Shown in pieces: positions 29,169 through 39,424 of a stretch of 64,000 nucleotides of DNA. Source of the stretch: Pseudomonadales bacterium. Lineage in GTDB: Bacteria > Pseudomonadota > Gammaproteobacteria > Pseudomonadales > Azotimanducaceae. The translations under genes and the position numbers were made by a program. The stretch spans positions 1,310,842 through 1,374,841 of the forward strand of contig CAXXJO010000002.1 in NCBI GenBank assembly GCA_963422285.2. Direction: 5' to 3'. Within the stretch, counting starts at the first letter, position 1. Every line of letters starts with the position of its first letter. Under the pieces are notes generated by a model, which was not told the origin of the DNA, ran no database searches, and saw only the letters and a list, made by a program, of their open reading frames with translations.

Positions 29169-30044
29169 CTAGCCGGTGGCGGCAATAGGCTTGCAGGCCA
29201 TCACGGTGGCGTTGTCCTGATCGGGCCGCGCTTCGGCGCGAACCGCGGCGAGCAGGGCTTCGACCACCGCCCGCGGCGACGACCGGTTGGCATCCACGAG
29301 ATCGACGATCTCGGCGGCGGCGAGCGTTTCGATCCCGTCGGTGGCGACCAGCACCACGTCGTCGACGGCCAGTTCGACGGCCGCTTCGCGCAGCTCCATG
29401 AGCGGCACCTCGTCGCCCATCACAACGGAACGCAGCTCGTGGCGGCGCGGATCCGCGGCCGCTTCCTCCGCCGTCAGACGCCCGAACTCCGCAAGCTGTT
29501 CGAGCACGGGCTTCATGGAGTGATCCTGGTTCAGACGGATCAATCGCCGGGCTGGCGAATCCTGCCGTGCGGACACCAGCCACAGCGGCGAGTCGCCGAC
29601 GCTGAGCCAGCGCAGCCGGCGGCCGGCGAGATGGGCGGCCACCAAGGTGGTGCCCGTGCCGGCGTGATCGCGATCCTCGCGAACAGCGCTGGCCAGCCTT
29701 CGATTGGCGTAGCTCAGGGCATCCTCGAGACGGTACGAAAGGGCCCGGTGGGTTTCGCAGTATTCCCTGCCGAAGGATTCAACGACGGTCCTGCTTGCCG
29801 TGGCACCGCCGGCATGACCGCCCATGCCGTCGGCAACGATCAGCAGCAGTTGGTCCGCCAACGCGAACTGGTAGCTCGGTTCCAGCGCCCAGCCGTAGCT
29901 GTCCTGCTGCTCTTCGCGCCGCCCCTGGATCTGCCCTGCGGCCCAGCCCGGCGCACCTTCGTGGATAACGATGCCGCCATCGTCCCGATCCGACGCTTGA
30001 ACGGTGCCGGCGTAGTCTGCGTCCGACAATTCGCTTGGATTCAT
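29169..30044 (-). CDS. PP2C-family Ser/Thr protein phosphatase
   Basis: 291 aa from MNPSELSD. Motifs QDSYGW, LLLIVADGMGGHAGGATAS, GTGTTLVAAHL, VLVATDGIETL. Confidence 0.8.
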   Translation of the reverse strand: MNPSELSDADYAGTVQASDRDDGGIVIHEGAPGWAAGQIQGRREEQQDSYGWALEPSYQFALADQLLLIVADGMGGHAGGATASRTVVESFGREYCETHRALSYRLEDALSYANRRLASAVREDRDHAGTGTTLVAAHLAGRRLRWLSVGDSPLWLVSARQDSPARRLIRLNQDHSMKPVLEQLAEFGRLTAEEAAADPRRHELRSVVMGDEVPLMELREAAVELAVDDVVLVATDGIETLAAAEIVDLVDANRSSPRAVVEALLAAVRAEARPDQDNATVMACKPIAATG

Positions 30045-30975
30045 CAGTGTGGAGCCGCCGATCCGGCGGCCAAGCCGAATAGCGAAAACGGCGAGTATAG
30101 TACGGACTCGTGGCCACGATTCTTTCGATCGCCTCGACGATCTTCTCCACTGCCGTGGCACGGAATCCGAACGACTGCCGCAATCCGAACCGAGGCCAAA
30201 TCGTCATCGGCGTCCGAGAACGGAACGGGCGTACGCGCTTGGCTGCCCGCCCTGTACGCCGAAGCGGCGCGGGGATGCACTCGCGGCAACCACCATCGGC
30301 TCGCCCCTTCCTGCCTCCTATCCTGTTGCCCGAAACGGTCGATGGTCGGCTCGTTCCGGTCGTGCGCGAACCGGCAAGCAGGATGAGACCGCATTGCACA
30401 TTCGGAGTCGGCGACGCGCCGCCCCCCTCAGTGCCCAGAAGCCACAGGACGTCTGGGCGAAGAGGCACTTCAAACGGATGGGTTCAGCTTCAACCCGCCG
30501 CCCGTTGCGCCATACCGCCGAGTCCTACGATCTCCCGCATGTTCGAGACCCTAAGCCAGCAGGCTGCTTGGCTTTAGCCGTGTCTCTCTTAAGCCAGGAA
30601 TCGACAGTTTCGAAATCCCTATCTCTTTCGGGACGGGTCTTTCGTGGGCGTGAATCATGGAAAACGTCATGCCGTCATGGAAGGTCCTTATAGTCCTCCC
30701 ATCGAGAGGGCGAAGCGCGAATGATCGGTAGCGGCACAGCTCATCCGATTCCAAACTGGACCACTGCCGAACGATCACGGAAACTCAAGCAAAACTGACT
30801 GCCTTGTCTTCTTCTCCTGAACTCATAGATGCGAGGTTCGCTATGCTCCTGGCCATCTTGGTTCAAGCTCCTTTACAGTTGCACCCGCACACGCTGCTTA
30901 CTGCCGAATCCGATGTCCCGCGGCATCCCCGCTCTCGGCCGGAACCGAGACAGCATCCGTGTGGCGACGTCGCAT

Positions 30976-32250
30976 TCATCCACGATACCGGCATCTCCCC
31001 GTCCGAATATGCTCCTCGAAGTCCTCACGGAAGAACTTGAGCGCGCTCGACAGCGGCTCGATGGCGCCCGGCGCGTGCAGGCAGAAAGTGTTGGTGACGC
31101 CGCCGATGAACATGGCGTTGCGTTCCAGCATCTCCAAGTCGCCTTCTTTGCCACGGCCTGCCTCGATATCGGTTAGGAGTTCTTCCACCCACGGCAGGCC
31201 TTCCCGGCACGGGGTGCAGAAACCGCAGGATTCCTGGGCGAAGAAGTGCTCCAAGTTGCGGCACATGTCCACGGGACAGATGGAGTCGTCCATCAGAATC
31301 ATGGTGCCGGTGCCCATGCGGCTGCCGGCCTTCTGAATGGTGCCGTAGTCCATGGCGAGATCGAGGTGTTCTTCCACCAGGAAGTCCGTGGAGGCGCCGC
31401 CGGGAAGCAGGCCGCGCAGCTGGTAGCCGTCCTGCATGCCGCCGGCATGCTTCTCAATGATCTCGCGGATGGTGGTGCCGATGGGCAGCTCCCACAGGCC
31501 GGGCTTGTTGACGCGGCCTGACACGCCGTAGAGCTTGGTGCCGGCGTCGTCGCCTTTGCCGAGCGCCTGGTACCACTCGGCGTCGTTTCTGACGATGGCT
31601 GGCACGTTGCAGAAGGTTTCCACGTTGTTGACGATGGTGGGCCGGCCCCAGGCGCCGCTGGCCGGCGGGAACGGCGGTTTCTGGCGCGGCTGGGCGCGCT
31701 TGCCCTCAAGAGCGTTCAACAGCGCGGTTTCCTCGCCGCAGATGTAGCGCCCGGCGCTGCGGTGGATACGCAGCTCGAAGTCGAAGCCGCTACCGAAGAT
31801 GTTCTTGCCGAGATAGCCTTTGGCGTAGGCGTCGTCGATGGCTTGCTGCAAGCTGCGGTAGGGCTGGTGGTACTCGCCGCGCAGGAAGACGTAGCCCTGG
31901 CTGGCCTGAATGGCCCAGGCTCCGACGATCATGCCTTCGATCAAGAGGTGGGGGTTGCGCTCCAGCAGAAAGCGGTCCTTGAAGGTGCCCGGTTCCATCT
32001 CGTCGGCGTTGCAGACCAAGTACTTCAGGCCGTCATCGTCCTGGGGTACGAAGCTCCACTTCATGCCCGTGGGGAAGCCGGCACCGCCGCGCCCGCGCAG
32101 GTTGGCTTCCTTGACGAGGTCGATCACTTCGGCCGGCGTCATGGCGGCAAGCGCCTTGCGGGCACCCGCGTAGCCGTTCTTGGATTCGTAGGCGGCCAAG
32201 TCCACCGGGCCGCCCACCTCGTCCACGATGCCGATCAGCGGCCGCGTCAC
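30976..32250 (-). CDS. nuoF: NADH-quinone oxidoreductase subunit F
   Basis: GTG at 32250 overlaps the upstream ORF stop (GTGA). Contains YESKNGYAGARKAL, GRGGAGFPTGMKW and ESCGFCTPCREG. Confidence 0.9.
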   Translation of the reverse strand: MTRPLIGIVDEVGGPVDLAAYESKNGYAGARKALAAMTPAEVIDLVKEANLRGRGGAGFPTGMKWSFVPQDDDGLKYLVCNADEMEPGTFKDRFLLERNPHLLIEGMIVGAWAIQASQGYVFLRGEYHQPYRSLQQAIDDAYAKGYLGKNIFGSGFDFELRIHRSAGRYICGEETALLNALEGKRAQPRQKPPFPPASGAWGRPTIVNNVETFCNVPAIVRNDAEWYQALGKGDDAGTKLYGVSGRVNKPGLWELPIGTTIREIIEKHAGGMQDGYQLRGLLPGGASTDFLVEEHLDLAMDYGTIQKAGSRMGTGTMILMDDSICPVDMCRNLEHFFAQESCGFCTPCREGLPWVEELLTDIEAGRGKEGDLEMLERNAMFIGGVTNTFCLHAPGAIEPLSSALKFFREDFEEHIRTGRCRYRG

Positions 32251-32552
32251 GAATCCGTCTCCCCGGCATCCGCGGCGACGCACGCATACAGCAGAATCCA
32301 TCGGGTTCTGAGGTCCAAGTCGTCATTCTGCATGTTGCGTTGCCGCCGTTGGCTCAACAGATCGGGCACCTTGTCGTAGCGTGCGCAGCCCCGCTCGGCT
32401 TCCGGCAGCCCCGCCTCGCGGGCGTCTTCCCTGCCTTTGGCCGAATCGACGACGACCTCCACCTTGTCGCTGCCGATGTCCGAAATGGCGACCGCCGTAC
32501 AGGCACCTAGGGAGAGCAGGGCGGCCGTGGCTGCGAGTTTGATCGTGTTCAT
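32247..32552 (-). CDS. small putative lipoprotein encoded between nuoE and nuoF
   Basis: 101 aa. ATG at 32552 is preceded by AGGAAA. Signal peptide plus lipobox MNTIKLAATAALLSLGAC. GC-rich third positions. The stop overlaps the nuoF GTG. Confidence 0.55.
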   Translation of the reverse strand: MNTIKLAATAALLSLGACTAVAISDIGSDKVEVVVDSAKGREDAREAGLPEAERGCARYDKVPDLLSQRRQRNMQNDDLDLRTRWILLYACVAADAGETDS

Positions 32553-32642
32553 TCCGTTCCGTTTCCTAAAGCTGGATCGATTGAGGCGCGCACTCTAAGC
32601 GGCGGACCTGAACGCAACCTGAATCCATCGGCACCATCGACG

Positions 32643-33131
32643 CTACTCGTATCTTGCGAATATCTCGCCCAGCTTATCCGCCCGCACATCGCCGATCAGA
32701 TCGTCGTCGACCATCATCGTCGGCGCCCGGTTGCACGCCCCCAAGCACACGATCGGCAACAACGTGAAGCGGTCGTCCTCGGTGGTTTCGCCAAATCCAA
32801 TCCCCAAGCGCTCCTCCACCTGCTTGCGCAGGCCATCGGCACCCATCACATAGCAGGAGACGCTGTCGCACACCAGCACCACATGCCGGCCCACCGGCTT
32901 GCGGTAGATGAGGTTGTAGAAGGTGGCGATGCTATCGAGATTCGAGACCGACATGCCGAGCAGCCGGGCGATGGCGGCTAGACTTTCGTCAGACACCCAG
33001 CCACGATGCCGCTGGACGATCATCATGGCGTCAATGGCGGCGGACTTGCGATCCGGCAGGTGGGCGCATTCCGCCTCGATCTCGCGCATCTCGGCGTCGG
33101 AGAGAATCGGTATCAACGCGGGTTGGGCCAT
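32643..33131 (-). CDS. nuoE: NADH-quinone oxidoreductase subunit E
   Basis: Starts MAQPALIPIL. 2Fe-2S ligands in VCDSVSCYVMG and VCLGACNRAP. Confidence 0.9.
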   Translation of the reverse strand: MAQPALIPILSDAEMREIEAECAHLPDRKSAAIDAMMIVQRHRGWVSDESLAAIARLLGMSVSNLDSIATFYNLIYRKPVGRHVVLVCDSVSCYVMGADGLRKQVEERLGIGFGETTEDDRFTLLPIVCLGACNRAPTMMVDDDLIGDVRADKLGEIFARYE

Positions 33132-33148
33132 GCTCTTCTCGCTGTTCC

Positions 33149-34939
33149 CTAGCGGTCCACGTCCGCCATCACGAAATCGATGCTGGCGATGATGGCGATC
33201 AGGTCCGCCACCATGAAGCCCCGGCTGATGAGCGGAATCTGCTGCAAAGCCGGGAACGACGGTGTGCGGATGCGGGTGCGATAGCTCATGGTGCCGCCGT
33301 CGGAGATCGAGTAGTAGGAGTTCCAGCCCTTGGTGGCTTCCACCGTGGTGACGGACTCCGAAGGCGGGATCACGGGGCCCCAGCTGACGTTCAGGAAGTG
33401 GTGGATGAGCGTCTCGATGTCCTGCATCGTGCGCTCCTTGCGCGGCGGCGTGGTCAGCCGGTGGTCCGACTTGATCGGCCCGGCCGGCATGTTCTCGACG
33501 CACTGGCGGAGGATCCGCAGGCTCTGGCGGATCTCTTCGACGCGCACCTCGCAGCGGGCGTAGCAGTCGCCGGCCTCGGCGGTGGGGATGTCGAAGTCGA
33601 ACTGATCGTACATCGAGTACGGACGCTTCTTGCGCAGGTCCCAATCATGGCCGGTGGCGCGCAGGGAGGGGCCGGTGATACCCCAGTCCAGGCCCTCGGC
33701 GGTGGTATAGGCGCCGATGCCTTGGGTGCGACGCTTCAGAATCTTGTTCTTCATCGCCATCTTCTGGTAGTGCTCCAGGCGCGCCGGCATGTAGTCGCAG
33801 AAGTCCAGCACCATCTTGTCCCAGCCGTCCGGCAGGTCCTGGGCGACACCGCCGATGCGGAACCAGCTCGGATGCATGCGCCCGCCGGTGATGGCTTCGA
33901 CGATGGAGAACAGCCGCTCGCGATCCGCGAACATGTAGAACACCGGCGACATCTGCCCCACGTCCTGGGCGAAGGTGCCGTAGAACAACAGGTGGCTGGC
34001 GATGCGGAAGCACTCGCACAGCAGCACTCGGATCACCTGGGCGCGCGCCGGTACCTCGATGCCGGCCATCCGCTCCACGTTCATCACATAGGGCAGGTTG
34101 TTCATCACCCCGCCCAGGTAGTCCACGCGATCGGTGTAGGGGATGTAGGTGTGCCAGCTTTGGCGTTCGGACATCTTCTCCTGGGCGCGATGGTGGTAGC
34201 CGATATCCGGCACCGCTTCGACGATCACCTCGCCGTCGAGCTGCAAGGCGATGCGGAATACGCCGTGGACGCTGGGATGGTTGGGGCCCAGGTTCAGGAA
34301 CATGAAGTCGGTGTGCTTGGCGTCCAGGCTCATGCCCCATTCTTCCGGCACGAAACGCAGGGCTTCCTGCTGCGCCTGCTGGAATTCGGACGTCATGGTG
34401 AACGAATCCATCTCCGTGGCCCGCGCCGGGTGCTCCTTGCGCAACGGGTGGCCTTCCCACAGTGCCGGGGTGAGGATGCGGCGCAGGTTGGCGTGGCCGT
34501 CGAAGCGGACGCCGAACATGTCGAACGCCTCGCGCTCGTACCAGTTCGCCACCGGGTAGACGGATTCGATGGAATCCACGCTCTCGCCATCGGCCAAGGC
34601 CACCTTGAGACGCAGATCCTCGTCGTCGGAGAGCGACATCAGGTGGTAGAAGACGGTGAAGTCCGAATCGGGTTGGCCGTGCCGATGCTCGCGGATGCGC
34701 TCGTCGATGGCGGAGAGGTCGAACATCAGCTCGTAACGGGCCGGGGCATCGTGCTTCAGGTAGCGCATGATGTCGACGACGCGCGCCTTCGGCACCCACA
34801 CCGTGGGAATGCCGTCCGCACACTCTTGGGCTACGCATTCAGGGCCGAAGTGGGTGGCTAGATCGGCGACGATATGGTGGTGCTCGTTGTTCGGGGCGCG
34901 TTCGGCCCCGCCAGCCGGCTGTGCGACGACTTCGGCCAT
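33149..34939 (-). CDS. nuoC: NADH-quinone oxidoreductase fused subunit C/D
   Basis: 596 aa. The N-terminal part is NuoC-like ([16 protein letters not shown]) and the C-terminal part is NuoD-like ([15 protein letters not shown] .. [12 protein letters not shown]). Confidence 0.92.
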   Translation of the reverse strand: MAEVVAQPAGGAERAPNNEHHHIVADLATHFGPECVAQECADGIPTVWVPKARVVDIMRYLKHDAPARYELMFDLSAIDERIREHRHGQPDSDFTVFYHLMSLSDDEDLRLKVALADGESVDSIESVYPVANWYEREAFDMFGVRFDGHANLRRILTPALWEGHPLRKEHPARATEMDSFTMTSEFQQAQQEALRFVPEEWGMSLDAKHTDFMFLNLGPNHPSVHGVFRIALQLDGEVIVEAVPDIGYHHRAQEKMSERQSWHTYIPYTDRVDYLGGVMNNLPYVMNVERMAGIEVPARAQVIRVLLCECFRIASHLLFYGTFAQDVGQMSPVFYMFADRERLFSIVEAITGGRMHPSWFRIGGVAQDLPDGWDKMVLDFCDYMPARLEHYQKMAMKNKILKRRTQGIGAYTTAEGLDWGITGPSLRATGHDWDLRKKRPYSMYDQFDFDIPTAEAGDCYARCEVRVEEIRQSLRILRQCVENMPAGPIKSDHRLTTPPRKERTMQDIETLIHHFLNVSWGPVIPPSESVTTVEATKGWNSYYSISDGGTMSYRTRIRTPSFPALQQIPLISRGFMVADLIAIIASIDFVMADVDR

Positions 34940-34942
34940 CGG

Positions 34943-35638
34943 CTACGCCTCGGGCGGCTGCCGCTTCTTGCCCAGCAGATCCTTGGACAGCGGCGCGTCG
35001 CCCACCGTGGTGGGCTCGGCAAGATCGGTGGCGCGCATGCGGTCCGGCGTTCGCAGGTCGCGCTGGCTGGGGGCGTACTTGGCGGCCGAGCCGTCCTCGC
35101 CGATCACCCAGGATAGCGGACGGCGGGTGTGCTGGACGGATTCCTGCAGCAGCATCAGTCCCTGCATGAAGGCCTCCGGGCGAGGCGGGCAGCCGGGCAC
35201 GTAGACATCCACCGGCAGGAACTTGTCCGCACCCTGCACCACGCTGTAGACGTCGAACATGCCCCCGGAGTTGGCGCAGGATCCCATGGACACTACCCAG
35301 CGCGGCTCCAGCAACTGCTCGTAGAGATGCTGCAGCACGGGCGCCATCTTGCGGAACACCGTACCGGAGATGACGATCAGGTCCGCTTGCCGCGGCGTGG
35401 CGCGGATCACCTCGGCGCCGAAACGCGACAGATCGTGGCGGGAGGTGAACGACGTCGCCATCTCCACGTAGCAGCAGGACAGACCGAAGTTGAATGGCCA
35501 GATGGAGTTGGCTCGGCCCCAGGCCACCAGATCCTCCAGCTTGGCGGTGAGGAAACTCTTGCCGGCTTCCTCGTGATAGGCGTCTTCCACGGCATCCATC
35601 GGCGCGCCGGGTTCGGTCTTGATGAGACGCCACTGCAT
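34943..35638 (-). CDS. nuoB: NADH-quinone oxidoreductase subunit B
   Basis: Starts [10 protein letters not shown]. Contains [20 protein letters not shown] and GCPPRPEA. Confidence 0.9.
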   Translation of the reverse strand: MQWRLIKTEPGAPMDAVEDAYHEEAGKSFLTAKLEDLVAWGRANSIWPFNFGLSCCYVEMATSFTSRHDLSRFGAEVIRATPRQADLIVISGTVFRKMAPVLQHLYEQLLEPRWVVSMGSCANSGGMFDVYSVVQGADKFLPVDVYVPGCPPRPEAFMQGLMLLQESVQHTRRPLSWVIGEDGSAAKYAPSQRDLRTPDRMRATDLAEPTTVGDAPLSKDLLGKKRQPPEA

Positions 35639-35640
35639 GG

Positions 35641-36108
35641 TCAGGCCCCCTCCTGCGCTGGTTCCGAGGACGTACGGGCGTCCGTGCGCGCATAGCGCGC
35701 AGGCCCGGGGGCGCGGCGTTTCAAGCCCCAGTCCAAAGCGCCTGTGCGCCACTCGTAGAACAGCGCCGCGAGCAGGATGGCGATGAACACGCTGGCGCCG
35801 ACATAGCCGCGCCAGCCCACATCGTGGAATGCCACGGCCCAGGCGATGATGAAGATCGTCTCCAAGTCGAAGATCACGAAGAACACGGCGATCAAGTAGA
35901 ACTCGACGGACAGCCTCATCTCCTCGGCATCGCCCACCGGCACGATGCCGGACTCGAACGGCATCGTGCGGGCGCCGCCGTGGCGGGCCTTGGCGCCGAT
36001 GAACCATGCCGCCAGCAATGCGACGCCCAGCACCGCGCCCACAGCGAGCACGTACAGAAACAACGGCAGGATGTCGGCAGCGGTAGTCGCCGCACCCTCT
36101 TCAGGCAC
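35641..36108 (-). CDS. nuoA: NADH-quinone oxidoreductase subunit A
   Basis: GTG at 36108 with AGGAGG 5 nt upstream. Contains PFESGI and [14 protein letters not shown]. Has an extra charged C-terminal tail. Confidence 0.88.
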   Translation of the reverse strand: MPEEGAATTAADILPLFLYVLAVGAVLGVALLAAWFIGAKARHGGARTMPFESGIVPVGDAEEMRLSVEFYLIAVFFVIFDLETIFIIAWAVAFHDVGWRGYVGASVFIAILLAALFYEWRTGALDWGLKRRAPGPARYARTDARTSSEPAQEGA

Positions 36109-36350
36109 CAGCCCCTCCTAGAATCCCATCAATACCGCGGTACTCGAGCCCCGGCTCGCCAGCCTTTGCAGAAGTCGTCGCGAGGGGGCGGGAAACGGCG
36201 ACACCATACAGACCGAGACGGCAGCGGGCAAGGGCAAGGAACGACCGGCTGGCAGCGTGTGGCGGCCAGCCGGTACAGGTGCGGCGAAACGGCTGCGCCA
36301 GCCATGCGAGAAGGACCGGCATTCCGCTTCGAGGGAACCTGGCTCTACCG

Positions 36351-37130
36351 CTACCGACCGCGCTGCGCATCTTGCAACCAACGCACCTGCTCCCGCAGCC
36401 GAGCGATCTCCGCTTCGGCTGCCGTGCGAGCTTCGGCTTCGACAGTAGCGCGATTCTCCGCGGCCTTGCGGGCGGTTGCTTGCGCCGCGGCCAGCGCCTC
36501 GGCCTCCTTCAAGGTGCGCAGATACTCCCTCGCTTCCGGGTCGTACCAGCGCAGGTCGCGCTCCGCGCCCACCACGCACAGCCGCAGGCCCAGCACTTCG
36601 CTGTCCAGCCCCATGCCGCCGTCCGGCAGCCGGCGGCGGTACCGCCCACGGCGCGGCGCATGTCCCTGGAGGCTCGGCTGCAGGCGCTCCGTCGGGTCGA
36701 ACAGGAAGTACTCCCGCACCCCCATCGAGCGATACTCCTCCGGCTTCCTCTCCACGTCGTTCCGGCGCGTCGAGTCCGACAGGATCTCCAGCACGAAGTC
36801 CGGCGCCGTGCCTTCCTCCCACACCACGAACGACCCCTGGAAGCGGTTTGTCCGCGGCCCTACCCCGAACGCCACGAACAGGTCCGGCGACACCGCCTCC
36901 GGCTCCTCCCCCGGCCGCGCGTGGTGGACGAACAGGTCGCTCGCCACCAGCACGTCGGCCCGGCCCGCGTAGCGCAGGTCCAGCGGGCTGGCCACGTCGA
37001 ACCGCAGCACGCGGTGGCGAATGTTCTCAGACACCTTGGCCGCCGAGGGCAGGTCCGCCTCGCCCAGGTCCAGATGGTGGGCGCGGCAGGCACCGTCGGA
37101 GAGTCGCAGGGGCGACAGGGCTTCGGCCAT
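36351..37130 (-). CDS. Uma2-family (DUF820) putative endonuclease with an Ala/Glu-rich C-terminal coiled coil
   Basis: Core VSPDLFVAFG..PDFVLEILS..GVREYFLFDP. Tail ..TVEAEARTAAEAEIARLREQVRWL. Start taken at MAEALSPL (37130); the ORF is open back to 37271. Confidence 0.65.
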   Translation of the reverse strand: MAEALSPLRLSDGACRAHHLDLGEADLPSAAKVSENIRHRVLRFDVASPLDLRYAGRADVLVASDLFVHHARPGEEPEAVSPDLFVAFGVGPRTNRFQGSFVVWEEGTAPDFVLEILSDSTRRNDVERKPEEYRSMGVREYFLFDPTERLQPSLQGHAPRRGRYRRRLPDGGMGLDSEVLGLRLCVVGAERDLRWYDPEAREYLRTLKEAEALAAAQATARKAAENRATVEAEARTAAEAEIARLREQVRWLQDAQRGR

Positions 37131-37424
37131 CGGCTTGCTCCCGGAATCCTGAAGGGCATGGAAGACTTCGCTCGCCAGCGGCACCGACTCTATCACGGCG
37201 GCGCGGGACGCTGCCGCCGCGCCGCTTGGCGCCATCCGCGCTGCCGGGAGCGAAGTCCATGGGCGCACCATAGGCGGCGCCTAAGAGGGAGCGTTAGAGA
37301 CATCCGGCCACCGCGACATGCGAATTCGCCGCCGCGCGATTTGGGAGATCGCCGCAAGACCGGCGCGGACTTCCGCCCGTGATCGGACGCTGCCGAACCG
37401 TCGCCCGACCGATGGACAGTCGCG

Positions 37425-38951
37425 TCAGGGGGCTGCGCAGTCGAAGCTGCCCTCGTCGTTCACGTCGCCGCGCCCGCGGTACTTGGCAACCTGCGGATAC
37501 GGACATATCGGGCGGGTGAACCGACGTCCCTGCTGCACTCGCTCGTCCGGAGCGAGGTGGGCCATGGGAGCCGCCCCCGGCTGGGTGCCGACGATCCGCG
37601 TTGGCGCGGCACCCTGCTCGCGCCATTTCACCATCGGTTCGACATAGTCCGCCTGCCATGGGCCGGGGCCGCCGGCGCAATGCACCATGCCCGGCACCAT
37701 GAACAGGCGGAAGAATTCGCTCGCTTCCTCGGCCCCGCCCACGGCTTGCTCCACCGCGGCCAAGTAGTCGATGGCTCGCTGGGGACGCAAGGGATAGTCG
37801 TTCCAGCCCTGGTACATCAGCAGCTTGCCGCCTCGGTCCCGGAATTCCCGGAGATCGGCGCTGCGAACGTCCAGCGGCGATGTGGCATCGGCGATCCGGG
37901 CCCGATGGGCGATGGGATCGAAAGCGCCGAGGGCGAAGGTCGGATCGTGGCGCATCAGCCGCTCCATGATCTCGCCGGTACCGCCGATGATGGAGTCGCC
38001 GCCCATCTGTTCGTTGGGCAGCATCCAGAACGCCCAGTCGCCGGCCGCTTCGGCACCCGGCGGCACACCGGGAGACAGCACCCTGCCGGCTTCGTCCACC
38101 ATGTCGCCGTAGACGAAATGCGCCGTTTCGATCTGCCCTGTGGTGAGGCAAGCCTCGCTCTGCCCTGTCTGGCAGGTCAGCGCATCGAGATCGAAGACAT
38201 CCTCGGTACATTTACGCGGATCGTCGATGACGCCGTCCTCTACGCCATCAAGGGCGTCGCAGGCCATGCGCGAAGCGTCGTCCAGCACTTTCAGCGCATC
38301 CCGATCCAAGGGGTGCGCAGTCTGCTTGCGGTGGGCAGCCAGCATCCAAGGGAGAAATTCCCGGAACTCGAACGCCGGCGCGCCAGCGATGATGCCGTCG
38401 TAGTCTTGCGGGAAGCGAACGGCCTCCAGCAGCGCCGCCCGGCCGCCGTTCGAGCAGCCGTGGAGATACGAATGGTCAATGTCTCGCCCGTAATACCGGG
38501 CGACCACCCGCTTCGCCGCCAGCGTCGCCAGATGCACCCCGCGATAGGCGTAGTCGAGCAGCGCCTCAGGCTGCCCGAAGAAGGCGTTGCCCTCTTCGGC
38601 TTCGTGGCCGGTATCCGTGGTTGCCATGGCGAAGCCGTCCGCCAGCAGGCTGGTGGTGTCGCCGAAGTAGCCGGCGCTGCCGCCCACGGAGGAGAACATC
38701 AGCCGACCGTTCCAGCCGTCCACAGGCAGGGTCACCTCGAAGCGGATGGCGCGGTTGACGACGCCGCGCACCCGGCAGTGGGCCGGCAGGGCCTCGGTGG
38801 CCGCGACGAGCACTCCGGGTTCGACGGCGTGGGAGAGATCCGTCAGCCGGTACAGCTTGCGGCATTCGTCGGCGGCATCCGCCGCGCCCAATGACGGCCA
38901 GGACAGCGCTGTAGCCAGCGCGGCGAATACCAATGCGACACCATGTTTCAT
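37425..38951 (-). CDS. tannase/feruloyl esterase family alpha/beta hydrolase (secreted)
   Basis: MKHGVALVFAALATALSWPSLGAADA signal peptide, with AGGGGA 5 nt before the ATG at 38951. Nucleophile motif HGCSNGG. Confidence 0.8.
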   Translation of the reverse strand: MKHGVALVFAALATALSWPSLGAADAADECRKLYRLTDLSHAVEPGVLVAATEALPAHCRVRGVVNRAIRFEVTLPVDGWNGRLMFSSVGGSAGYFGDTTSLLADGFAMATTDTGHEAEEGNAFFGQPEALLDYAYRGVHLATLAAKRVVARYYGRDIDHSYLHGCSNGGRAALLEAVRFPQDYDGIIAGAPAFEFREFLPWMLAAHRKQTAHPLDRDALKVLDDASRMACDALDGVEDGVIDDPRKCTEDVFDLDALTCQTGQSEACLTTGQIETAHFVYGDMVDEAGRVLSPGVPPGAEAAGDWAFWMLPNEQMGGDSIIGGTGEIMERLMRHDPTFALGAFDPIAHRARIADATSPLDVRSADLREFRDRGGKLLMYQGWNDYPLRPQRAIDYLAAVEQAVGGAEEASEFFRLFMVPGMVHCAGGPGPWQADYVEPMVKWREQGAAPTRIVGTQPGAAPMAHLAPDERVQQGRRFTRPICPYPQVAKYRGRGDVNDEGSFDCAAP

Positions 38952-39424
38952 GCTTCCCCTCATCAGGCATATTCAGACATAGACGCATCGCTAACCTACC
39001 ACTCCACGCCATTGGCCGCAGCAAGCCGCAACAGCCGGTAGCGGGTAGTGGCTCGGTTCGGCTTTGGACAAGCCGCGCTGCTGCCGATGCCGCTGCATGT
39101 CGTGGTTGCGCGATGCGGCATGACGACGCGGTTCCAAACCGAGCCGCCAACCTGCGATCTCACCCGCGACGGACCGCTCGACGCCCTGGCACCGCCCAGA
39201 CTCGGTGCGGCCCCGGCAACTGTGAAGGCCGGATCGCCGAAGCCGAGGAAAAGCTCCAGCAACTTGCACGGCATCGAGCGCCGATGCGTCCGCGAGTCCG
39301 AAGCGGACATGCGCCGACATCGACCGGCGGGCGAATACCGGCGAAACCGAAACTCGGCAGCCGCCAGACAGCACCTGAAAGTCAAACTGAGCTACTACCC
39401 GACAGCCTGTACCATGCGCCCGTC

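Noticed and set aside
26067-29583. ORFs 26067..28991 (+, 974 aa) and 26500..29583 (-, 1027 aa) across nuoG
   Set aside because: They are off-frame or antisense shadows of nuoG, with extreme Arg/Gly/Ala/Pro content. The nuoG frame carries all the Fe-S and molybdopterin-like motifs.
30551-30778. 75-codon GTG ORF in the AT-richer spacer between nuoF and the PP2C gene
   Set aside because: Third-position usage is unlike the neighbouring genes. There is no ribosome-binding site and no recognisable motif. I kept it only as part of the spacer finding.
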